Below, piece by piece: positions 1-7,290 of a DNA stretch of 15,701 bases (position 1 is its first letter; each line of letters begins with the position of its first letter). The stretch is from Candidatus Fervidifonticultor secundus (lineage in GTDB: Bacteria; Sysuimicrobiota; Sysuimicrobiia; Sysuimicrobiales; Humicultoraceae). The notes under the pieces were generated by a model that was not told the DNA's origin, ran no database searches, and was given only the letters and a program-made list of their open reading frames with translations. The stretch is from the NCBI GenBank assembly GCA_031459385.1, contig JAVKIP010000035.1:1-15701 (forward strand), read 5' to 3'. The translations under genes and the position numbers were made by a program.

Positions 1-1118
1 GTGGCGGCCCGGGCCTGGCGGCGCCGGTAGCGCAGTTCCCAGGCCAACGCGGCGGACAGTACGACCACCGTCGCCAGCAGAACCAGGGGCGGCTCGCGCT
101 CGATGACCGCGATGTTGAACATGATGAGCACGGTGAAGATGAGCCAGTAGGCCAGCGCCAGGACCCCCACCGTGAAGAAGAACGGACGCTCGGCGGGCCG
201 GCGGCCCCTGCTCCGGTCGAGGAAGGGCACCAGCATCCCGAAGCCGATCAGCAGGCCGGGCCCCAGGCCCGCCCACAGCGGCGGGGTGTACTTCACGTAC
301 TGGTAGAGCCCCAGGAAGTACCAGTCGGAGAGGATGGGCAGCGGCGTACGATTCGGATCGGCCCTGCGGCCGAGCTCAGCGGGGAGCACGTAACTGGTGA
401 ACACCAGCATCCCCAAGAACAGCAGGATCGGGAACCACGACATGTTGAGCCGCCGCCGGCGCGTCCGATAGTAGAAGAGTTCGGCAACGATGAGCAGCAC
501 CAGCGAGATGCCGAAGTGCAGGGCGTAGAACCGGGTGAGGGTCGCGGCGCCCACGGCCGGGCCGCCCAGGAACAGGAAGGCGATCATGGAACCCAGCTGG
601 AATCGCTCACCGATCACCGGGATCTTGGCGGTCAGCTCGTCGAAGTAGACGGGCACGGTCAGCACCGTCTTCGCCGCCCAGAACGCACGCTGATTCCAGA
701 TGAGCAGATAACCCGTGATGCCCGAGATCATGGCCAGGATCAGGCCGGCGAACGCCCACATCCAGCTCAGCTCCCCAGGCTTCTTGTACTCCCCCAGGAA
801 GTACATGCGGTAGATGCGCAAGATGATGGTGACGATGACGCCGTCCGCGGCGTACTTGTGCATGCCGCGCCACAGCCACCCCAGGGGGATCTCGTGCTGG
901 ATGCGCAGGATCGAGTTGTACGCGCCGGTAGGAGTGGGTTCGTACCAGAACATGAGGATGATACCGCTGGCCACGGTCACGATCCAGAAGAAGTACAGCA
1001 TGGGGCCCAACAGGTAGAGGGGGTTCGCCTGCTGACCGACCAGCGTCTCGTCGAAGAGATCGAGCTTGGCGCGACGGTCGCGGTACCACTCCTGTAGGCT
1101 GTCCAGGATGGCGGCCAT
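1..1118 (-). CDS. qcrB: Cytochrome b subunit of a Rieske/cytochrome bc complex, unsplit with about 8 TM helices, atypical (lacks haem bH ligands); 3' end lies outside the window
   Basis: Not in the ORF track because there is no stop in the window. Hand translation from ATG 1118 is open to base 1: MAAILDSLQEWY...SGIILMFWYEPTPTGAYNSILRIQHEIPLGWLWRGMHKYAADG...YKKPGELSW...ITGYLLIWNQRAFWA...IPVIG...GGPAVGAATLTRFYALH...ADPNRTPLPILSDWYFLGLY...LVPFLDR...ERPF. These are cytochrome b/b6 and subunit IV motifs in the expected order, directly downstream of a Rieske gene. Confidence 0.95.
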   Translation of the reverse strand, partial: MAAILDSLQEWYRDRRAKLDLFDETLVGQQANPLYLLGPMLYFFWIVTVASGIILMFWYEPTPTGAYNSILRIQHEIPLGWLWRGMHKYAADGVIVTIILRIYRMYFLGEYKKPGELSWMWAFAGLILAMISGITGYLLIWNQRAFWAAKTVLTVPVYFDELTAKIPVIGERFQLGSMIAFLFLGGPAVGAATLTRFYALHFGISLVLLIVAELFYYRTRRRRLNMSWFPILLFLGMLVFTSYVLPAELGRRADPNRTPLPILSDWYFLGLYQYVKYTPPLWAGLGPGLLIGFGMLVPFLDRSRGRRPAERPFFFTVGVLALAYWLIFTVLIMFNIAVIEREPPLVLLATVVVLSAALAWELRYRRRQARAA

Positions 1119-1161
1119 GGGTCAACGGTTCCTATGGGTCCACAGTATGGTCCACGCAGCC

Positions 1162-1824
1162 TCAGGCGATCCCGCCCGGCTCGATGCGTTCGATCACGAT
1201 CCGATTGCCCTCGATCTTGTGGTAGAACGTCCGCGGCGGCCGGGGTGCGGGGCCCGAGAGCACCCGCCCTGGCTCCGTGGGATCGGCCGGATCGTAGATG
1301 CTCAGATGACACGGGCACGCCATGAGAGCGTGCTGTCGGTCCCTGGGCGGCACGTATCCGCCATACCCCGAGGTGACCTCTCGCCACTCGGGGACGAAAT
1401 TGTAGATGCACCCCAGGTGAGGGCAGATGCGGGAGAACGCGATGATGTCGCTCTCCATGGACGCCGGCGTCTCGCCCAGGGCCCGCAGCCAGCCCCACGG
1501 GAGCTGGATCTTGTTGGGCAGCCTGATGACGACGCCGGGGACCGCCTGGGTCTTGAAGCCGTCGGGGGTGTACTGCGGATATTTCTGGGTGAACACGAAG
1601 TACTTGAAGTCCCAGGGCTTCGCCAGTTCTGCCAGCGTGGCGGCCACGACTGGCTCGCCGGTCGCCGCGTCCTGCGCGGTGGGCACCAGGATCGCGAACG
1701 GATCCACGTTGGGCTTCAAGTACCGCAACAGCGGCGAGGCGAACGCCACCAGGCCTCCGATCAGGGGGACCTCGGCCACCAGTCTCAGGAAGCGGCGGCG
1801 GCTAATCCCTGGATCCTGTGCCAT
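1162..1824 (-). CDS. qcrA: Rieske [2Fe-2S] subunit of cytochrome bc complex
   Basis: Tat motif SRRRFLR followed by a TM helix; box 1 CPHLGC (1408-1425); box 2 CPCHLSIYD (1291-1317); GPAPRP loop; GGAGG RBS just upstream of the ATG. Confidence 0.96.
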   Translation of the reverse strand: MAQDPGISRRRFLRLVAEVPLIGGLVAFASPLLRYLKPNVDPFAILVPTAQDAATGEPVVAATLAELAKPWDFKYFVFTQKYPQYTPDGFKTQAVPGVVIRLPNKIQLPWGWLRALGETPASMESDIIAFSRICPHLGCIYNFVPEWREVTSGYGGYVPPRDRQHALMACPCHLSIYDPADPTEPGRVLSGPAPRPPRTFYHKIEGNRIVIERIEPGGIA

Positions 1825-1837
1825 GCGCCTCCACCTG

Positions 1838-2740
1838 CTAGTGCCCGCGGGCCGGTGCGTAGTCGTAGAGAAACGTCCAGATGTAGTCCACCAGCGCCCA
1901 CACCTCGTCCTCTCGCAACTGGCCCTGATAGCCGGGCATGAGCCCGCGGCCGGTCCAGATGCGCTGGTAGAGCTCCGAGGGCTTCCGCTGCAGCATCAGG
2001 TTCACGTCCGTGAAGATCCCGGGGCCTTCCCCGCGACCCCACCCCCACAGGCGTGCCGCCATCTCCGCGCTCAGCGCGCCGCCCCGGCCGTCCCCGGCCG
2101 CACCGTGACAGGCGGCACAGGTCGCGGTCCGCCCGCCGCCGATCCCAAGGGCGCGGTTCTGGTAGATGTCGCGGCCAAGCGCCACAGAAGGCGGCGTGGC
2201 CGAGAACGTCTTGACGTAGAACAGGACGTCCCAGATCTGCGCGTCCGTCAGCGTGGGAAAGCCGCGGTTGGCGCCGTATGCCGGCCTCGGGCCAAACGCC
2301 GGCATCGCCGTGTGCGGCCGGCCCAGCTTGATGGTCTCGAACAGGGCGAACGGGGCATTCAGGCGCTGCTGCACCAGGTTGTGGAAGTTGGCGGGGCGGG
2401 ACGGCAGGTCTTCGCCCCGCAGCTTCAGGCCGAACATTCCGAAGAAGTCGGTCATGGGGTTCTTGTGCGGCGCGACCAGGCCTGCGGCGGCCGGCCCATC
2501 ACCGAACCCCTCGTTGCCGTGACACGGCCAGCACACCCGCTCGTAGATCCCCCGGCCTCGCGCAGCCGACGGCCGGGGATTGGTGGGCGCCAGGGGAGGC
2601 GCAGGCGGCGCCTCCACCAGGCCGGCACCCGCGGTCGCAGCGGTGCCGGTCCCCACGGTTGGCTGGCAACCGCCGGCGACCGTCGCGAGCAACAGCAAGA
2701 TGACGAGCGTGCGGCGCGACTGTGGCGGCAACAGGGGCAT
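1838..2740 (-). CDS. Dihaem class I cytochrome c, probable lipoprotein
   Basis: Two CxxCH motifs (CWPCH 2519-2533, CAACH 2105-2119), each followed by a Met-Pro distal ligand motif (TAMPAF, GLMPGY); two internally similar domains; signal peptide ending in lipobox-like VAGG-C. An alternative in-frame ATG at 2791 overlaps the upstream stop. Confidence 0.9.
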   Translation of the reverse strand: MPLLPPQSRRTLVILLLLATVAGGCQPTVGTGTAATAGAGLVEAPPAPPLAPTNPRPSAARGRGIYERVCWPCHGNEGFGDGPAAAGLVAPHKNPMTDFFGMFGLKLRGEDLPSRPANFHNLVQQRLNAPFALFETIKLGRPHTAMPAFGPRPAYGANRGFPTLTDAQIWDVLFYVKTFSATPPSVALGRDIYQNRALGIGGGRTATCAACHGAAGDGRGGALSAEMAARLWGWGRGEGPGIFTDVNLMLQRKPSELYQRIWTGRGLMPGYQGQLREDEVWALVDYIWTFLYDYAPARGH

Positions 2741-2790
2741 CGCAATTCCCCGTTGAGTTCTGCGCCTGACAACCAACTCCTCCCCCAGCA

Positions 2791-3693
2791 TCAGGCCTCG
2801 GACGACATCCTGGCGATCGCCAGCATCAGACCCACGATCAAGAGGGCGGCCAGCGTCCCGGCGGCCACCGGGGCCAGCCACAACCGCGCCGACGGCACGC
2901 CGGTAATGCTGAGGCGCAAGTCACCCGGCGGTACCGCCCGGGCTGTTGCGCGAGCGTAGACCTGCCCCTCGCTGGTGACCGGTGGCAGGAGCTGGAGCGC
3001 CGGTCCGCGGGCCTCCCCGGGCGCCCGAACGAAGATCTCGATGCGGTCGGCGCCGATCGCCAGGCGACGGTCGAGGGACACCTCGCCCGATCCGCCCACG
3101 GCGTACGCGTACGCCACCTGATGGGCGCCAGGCCTCACGATCAACCGATCGGTGATGGCACCGCCGTCGGCGCGCGGGCGGTGAAACCCGTCACCGAAGG
3201 TGATGTAGCGCGCGCCTCTGGGCAGCGGGAAGGCCACGTCGCCGAGAAATGTCCGGGTCGTCGGGTTCTGGAGGTGGACGACCTCGGAGACGCGCAGGTA
3301 GCCGCGCCAGACCTCCACCGCCACCCCGAGCAGTGCCATGCGCAGCGGAACCTGTGGGGACACATCGTACACCAACACGGTGACCTCGACCGGCCCGCCG
3401 CTCACCACCGCGTGGGTCGCGTACGAGACGCCCTGATGCTGGACGGTGACCAAGTAGCGACCATCGGCCAGACCGCTGAACCCGAATCGCCCGGCGGCAT
3501 CGGTGCGGGCGAGCGCGACGGGCTCCGGCCCCGCGGTGCCGATGAAGACGAGCTGGACCGGCGCCCGCGCGACCACCGAGCCCGCGGTGATGTTGCGCAC
3601 GACACCCCGGACGGCGCTTCCCGCCGACGGTGCCGCCGCCGCGGAAGCCGCGAACAGGCCCACGGCCGCGCAGAGCAGTGCCGCGCCTCTCAT
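2791..3693 (-). CDS. Exported protein with carboxypeptidase-regulatory-like (prealbumin/Ig-like) beta domain and C-terminal membrane anchor
   Basis: ATG 3693 overlaps the upstream TGA (ATGA); signal peptide MRGAALLCAAVGLFAASAAA; pattern ARTDAAGRFGFSGLADGRYLVTV typical of CarboxypepD_reg-like domains; C-terminal TM LAPVAAGTLAALLIVGLMLAIA. The ORF-track extension to 4302 overlaps other genes. Confidence 0.8.
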   Translation of the reverse strand: MRGAALLCAAVGLFAASAAAAPSAGSAVRGVVRNITAGSVVARAPVQLVFIGTAGPEPVALARTDAAGRFGFSGLADGRYLVTVQHQGVSYATHAVVSGGPVEVTVLVYDVSPQVPLRMALLGVAVEVWRGYLRVSEVVHLQNPTTRTFLGDVAFPLPRGARYITFGDGFHRPRADGGAITDRLIVRPGAHQVAYAYAVGGSGEVSLDRRLAIGADRIEIFVRAPGEARGPALQLLPPVTSEGQVYARATARAVPPGDLRLSITGVPSARLWLAPVAAGTLAALLIVGLMLAIARMSSEA

Positions 3694-3953
3694 GGGCCCG
3701 GCGGCGGTATCTTCCGGACGATCGCCGCCAGCTCGCCCTCCAGCGCCGCGCGCTGGGCGCGGTAGTCCTCGTCGGAGAGCTTGCCGGTGCCCCAATCGAG
3801 CTCGAGGTCGCGGAGCGAGCGCAGCGCCGCCGCCTGCGCGGCTTCCAGCGCATCGTGAGGGTCCGGGGAGGGCACCGTGGTCCGCCGGAACGCCGGCGCC
3901 AGCAGGTATGCCGCGGCGGACGCAACGACCAGGAAGAAGACGGCTTCGATCAC
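3690..3953 (-). CDS. Stand-alone CcmI/CycH N-terminal-like membrane protein (87 aa)
   Basis: GTG 3953 overlaps the ccmF stop (GTGA); N-terminal TM followed by LRSLRDLELDWGTGKLSDEDYRAQRAALEGEL, resembling the CcmI cytoplasmic helical segment; position directly after ccmF. Confidence 0.7.
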   Translation of the reverse strand: MIEAVFFLVVASAAAYLLAPAFRRTTVPSPDPHDALEAAQAAALRSLRDLELDWGTGKLSDEDYRAQRAALEGELAAIVRKIPPPGP

Positions 3954-5950
3954 GGCGCGCCGGGAACGCCCTCCGCGGACAGTGGGGCAGACCGCGGGGA
4001 GATCGGTGCCGGCGCCACCCGCCTCCACGTTTCGGGCAGCACGGCGAGGACCACACCCAGCACGATGATGAGTCCCCCGGCCCACAGCCATGAGACCAAC
4101 GGGTGCACCAGCACGCGGATCTGCGCGCGGCCGCCGGTGTCCCACTCCGAGAGGATGATGTACAGATCTTCACGCGGCGAAGACCGGATCGCCACATGGT
4201 GCATCGGCTGCTCTTGCGTGCGATAGAAGAGCCGTTGGGGGGTGAACGTCCCCGCAAACCGCCCGCCGGCCCAGACACGCACCGTGGCCTGGGTGATGTC
4301 AATCCCGGGCTGCTCTGCGGCCGACAGGCCTCCGAACTCCACGGTGTAGCGGCCCACGGCGAACCGCTCGCCGGGGCGCAGCCAGGCCGCAGACTGGGTC
4401 GCGAACGCGCTGCTCCCCGCGATACCCACGAGCATCACCAGGATGCCGAAGTGCACCGTGTAACCGCCGTAGCGCCGGCGGTTCCTCGCCACGAGCCGGA
4501 CCAGGGCGACGGCGGGGCCTTCGCCCCGCCGGACGCGAAGCCTGGTCCCGCGCGCGGCCTCCAGCACGATGGTGGCCAGCACGAAGGCGGAGGCGGCGAA
4601 GACCAGCAGCGCCCCAGGCGAGCGGATCCCGCCCACGGCGAGCACTACTGCCAGTAGCAAGCCAGCAGCCGCCGGGAACGCGAAATTCCGAGCGAGCTGC
4701 TCCGGCGTCGCCCTGCGCCACGGCAGCAGGGGCCCCACGCCCATCAGCAACAGGATCCCCACCGCGATCGGGATCATCACCGTGTTGAAATACGGAGGGC
4801 CGACGTTGATCTTTACGCCGCGGAACGCCTCGGTGATCGCCGGAAAGATGGTGCCGACAAACACCACCACGGTGGCTGCCACGAACAGCAGGTTGTTGGC
4901 CAGGAAGGCCGTCTCGCGGCTGACCACGGACTCCACCGTGCCCCGGCTGCGGAGCAGGTCCCATCGCCAGGCCAGCAGGGCGAACGACCCCACCAGCAGC
5001 AGGGCCAGGAACGCCAGGAAGAAGTACCCGATCGGCGACTGCGCAAAGGCGTGAATGGAGGACAGCACCCCGCTGCGCACCAGGAACGTGCCGAAGATGG
5101 TCAGCCCGAACGTGATGAGCACCAGCGCCACGTTCCAGGTCAAAAGCATCCCCCGCCGCTCCTGGATCTGGATCGAATGGATCCACGCGGTCGCGGTCAG
5201 CCAGGGCATGAATGCCGCGTTCTCCACCGGATCCCAGGCCCAGTACCCGCCCCAGCCCAGCACCACGTACGACCACTTGGCGCCGAACAGCAGGCCCAGG
5301 GTCAGGAACATCCAGGCCACGATCACCCATCGCCGCGAGAGCACGATCCAAGTGTCGTCGAGCCGGCCGGTCACCATGGCCGCCACCACCAGCGCAAAGG
5401 GGACGCTCATGCCGACGAAGCCCAGATACAGCATCGGGGGGTGCGCGGCCATCCAGGGGTTCCGCAGCAGCGGATTGAGCCCCTGACCGTCCGGCGGGGG
5501 TGGCACCAGCGGCGAGAACGGGTTGCTCGCCGTCGCCAGCAGGAGCGAGAAGAACGCGGCGATCACGAACAGGGTGGCCGCCGCAGGCGCCTGAAAGTCC
5601 GGATGGGCGCGCAGGCTGAAGACGCCCACCACCATGTAGAGCGCCAGGATCAGCGCCCACAGGAGCAGCGCGCCGTCGTGGCCGCCCCAGAACGCGGTGA
5701 CGGTGTAGAACGTCGATTGGAGGGTCTCGCTGGCGCCAGCCACGAACCGGACTGAGAAGTCCCTGGCGAGGAAGGCAGCGAACAGCGCTGCCGAGGCCAG
5801 CCCGATCAGCAGGGCCCACACCACCACGGCGCGGCGCCCGGCCGCCAGGAGCCCGCCGTCCCGCCACTTGATGCCCAGCACGGTGACCGCCAGCCCGTAG
5901 AGCGCCACCACCACCGCCGACTGGAGGGCGAACCGGCCGATCTCACCCAC
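3950..5950 (-). CDS. ccmF: Cytochrome c biogenesis haem lyase CcmF
   Basis: WWD motif WGGYWAWDPVEN, QGLNPLL, HPPMLYLG, conserved His in WIHS, SIHAF and TVHFG; 666 aa multi-TM protein; GGAGG RBS before the GTG. Confidence 0.97.
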   Translation of the reverse strand: MGEIGRFALQSAVVVALYGLAVTVLGIKWRDGGLLAAGRRAVVVWALLIGLASAALFAAFLARDFSVRFVAGASETLQSTFYTVTAFWGGHDGALLLWALILALYMVVGVFSLRAHPDFQAPAAATLFVIAAFFSLLLATASNPFSPLVPPPPDGQGLNPLLRNPWMAAHPPMLYLGFVGMSVPFALVVAAMVTGRLDDTWIVLSRRWVIVAWMFLTLGLLFGAKWSYVVLGWGGYWAWDPVENAAFMPWLTATAWIHSIQIQERRGMLLTWNVALVLITFGLTIFGTFLVRSGVLSSIHAFAQSPIGYFFLAFLALLLVGSFALLAWRWDLLRSRGTVESVVSRETAFLANNLLFVAATVVVFVGTIFPAITEAFRGVKINVGPPYFNTVMIPIAVGILLLMGVGPLLPWRRATPEQLARNFAFPAAAGLLLAVVLAVGGIRSPGALLVFAASAFVLATIVLEAARGTRLRVRRGEGPAVALVRLVARNRRRYGGYTVHFGILVMLVGIAGSSAFATQSAAWLRPGERFAVGRYTVEFGGLSAAEQPGIDITQATVRVWAGGRFAGTFTPQRLFYRTQEQPMHHVAIRSSPREDLYIILSEWDTGGRAQIRVLVHPLVSWLWAGGLIIVLGVVLAVLPETWRRVAPAPISPRSAPLSAEGVPGAP

Positions 5951-6098
5951 GGCGCACCTCCTGGGCCGAGCGGCCCTGGGCGTTGCGCTCGGCGATCTGT
6001 CGCTCAGCCTGCTCCATTGAGGACAGCAGCCGGAAGAGCCCGACCAGCAGACCGATCCAGACTACCGCCACCACGAGGACCAGCAGACCTGGCGTCAT
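5943..6098 (-). CDS. Small single-TM protein, CcmD-like (51 aa)
   Basis: ATG 6098, 4 nt after the ccmE stop: MTPGLLVLVVAVVWIGLLVGLFRLLSSMEQAERQIAERNAQGRSAQEVRRG. Hydrophobic helix plus charged helical tail; exactly fills the ccmE-ccmF gap and overlaps the ccmF start. Confidence 0.65.
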   Translation of the reverse strand: MTPGLLVLVVAVVWIGLLVGLFRLLSSMEQAERQIAERNAQGRSAQEVRRG

Positions 6099-6102
6099 GC
6101 GC

Positions 6103-6486
6103 TCAGTGGTCGGGCGCCTTGTATTCCGGGGGGTGAGTCGAGATGACCTGCGCGGCCTGGATGACTCCGGCGCCGTCCACGCGGCCTTCGACGAGGACCT
6201 CCCGGCCTTCGGCAAACAGGTCGGGCAGCGGGCCGCCATAGTGCACCTCGTACGGCGTGAGGCCGTCGGTGATCGCGAAGCGAATCAGGCCCTCGGTCTT
6301 GACCACCGATCCGGGTACCACGCGGCCGGCCATGCGGATCTTGTTGTGGCGCAGCTCGGGCTTGGACTTGAACTCGGTCGGGGTCAGGTAGTAGACCATG
6401 GACGACCGCACGCCCTGGTAGGCCACGAAGCCCAGAGCCGCCACGATGATGGCCGAGGCGACCACCAGCTTGCGCTTGGTGCTCAC
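6103..6486 (-). CDS. ccmE: Haem chaperone CcmE
   Basis: N-terminal TM, YYLTPTE, IRMAGRVVPGSV, YGGPLPDLFAEGREVLVEG, and C-terminal HxxxY haem motif (HPPEY). Confidence 0.95.
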   Translation of the reverse strand: MSTKRKLVVASAIIVAALGFVAYQGVRSSMVYYLTPTEFKSKPELRHNKIRMAGRVVPGSVVKTEGLIRFAITDGLTPYEVHYGGPLPDLFAEGREVLVEGRVDGAGVIQAAQVISTHPPEYKAPDH

Positions 6487-6614
6487 GCCTGGTTCCTCGG
6501 CGACGTGGAAGCGTCCGCCATCTCGGCGATGAGCCGCTGTCGGCCGATCAACGTCAGCACGTAGGCCACGAACAACGCGGCGACAATCAGGTAGGCGGCG
6601 GCCACGAAGCCCAT
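6483..6614 (-). CDS. ccmD: Haem exporter protein CcmD (43 aa)
   Basis: Too short for the ORF track. ATG 6614 directly after the ccmC stop: MGFVAAAYLIVAALFVAYVLTLIGRQRLIAEMADASTSPRNQA*. F-V-x-A-A-Y start, TM and basic tail; stop overlaps the ccmE GTG; canonical position between ccmC and ccmE. Confidence 0.8.
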   Translation of the reverse strand: MGFVAAAYLIVAALFVAYVLTLIGRQRLIAEMADASTSPRNQA

Positions 6615-6615
6615 C

Positions 6616-7290
6616 CTAGGCCTCTTCCAACGCTTCGATGAGCCGGGCCAGCGCCTGCTCCTGGCGCACGCGGATCGCGAGCAGCGCCGCGAACACCAGC
6701 ACGAATGCCAGGACGTTGACCAGCAGGGGCAGCAACATGCTGGCAGGCAGCGCTGGTCCCTCTGGCCTGAACACCGTCGGCTGGGGGTGCAGCGTGCGCA
6801 GCAGGATCGCCGACCAGTGGATCAGCGGGATGTCCAGCACGCCGATGATGCCGATGACCGCTGCGGCGCGCGCACCGCGGACACCCGGCGCCCATGCGCG
6901 GACGGCCAAGTAGCCCATGTAGATGAACCAGAGGATCAGCGTCGTCGTCAACCGCGCGTCCCAGGTCCACCACGTCCCCCAGACCGGCTTGCCCCAGATC
7001 GCGCCGGAGACCAGCGTCATGGAGATGAACAGGACCGCCAGCTCCGCGGCGCCGTGCGCCAGTCGGTCCCACCGGTCGTCGCGCTTCCACAGGAAGAGGA
7101 CGCTGCCCACGAACACCACGGCCAGGGCCCCATAAGCCGTGATCACGCTCGGCACGTGGATGTACATGATACGCTGGGGGATGCCCTGGATGACCTCGGT
7201 CGGCGCTGCCAGCAGCGCCCATGCCACACCCACCAGCATGAGCAACGTTCCGGCCACCAACAGGGGACGCGTCACGGGGAAAACGGTCAC
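6616..7290 (-). CDS. ccmC: Haem exporter/chaperone-loading protein CcmC
   Basis: RIMYIHVP, WWD motif WGKPVWGTWWTWDARLT, IHWS and RTLHP. Confidence 0.97.
   Translation of the reverse strand: MTVFPVTRPLLVAGTLLMLVGVAWALLAAPTEVIQGIPQRIMYIHVPSVITAYGALAVVFVGSVLFLWKRDDRWDRLAHGAAELAVLFISMTLVSGAIWGKPVWGTWWTWDARLTTTLILWFIYMGYLAVRAWAPGVRGARAAAVIGIIGVLDIPLIHWSAILLRTLHPQPTVFRPEGPALPASMLLPLLVNVLAFVLVFAALLAIRVRQEQALARLIEALEEA

Noticed and set aside
1..1118. Cytochrome b as a pseudogene or a split b6/subunit IV pair
   Set aside because: The frame is uninterrupted with strong GC3 bias, bL and Qo-side motifs are intact, and there is no internal stop. The losses are concentrated on the bH/Qi side, which is not random decay.
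2700..2725. Tat-like SRRTLV in the cytochrome c signal peptide
   Set aside because: Weak match to the consensus, and Ccm substrates are normally exported unfolded via Sec.
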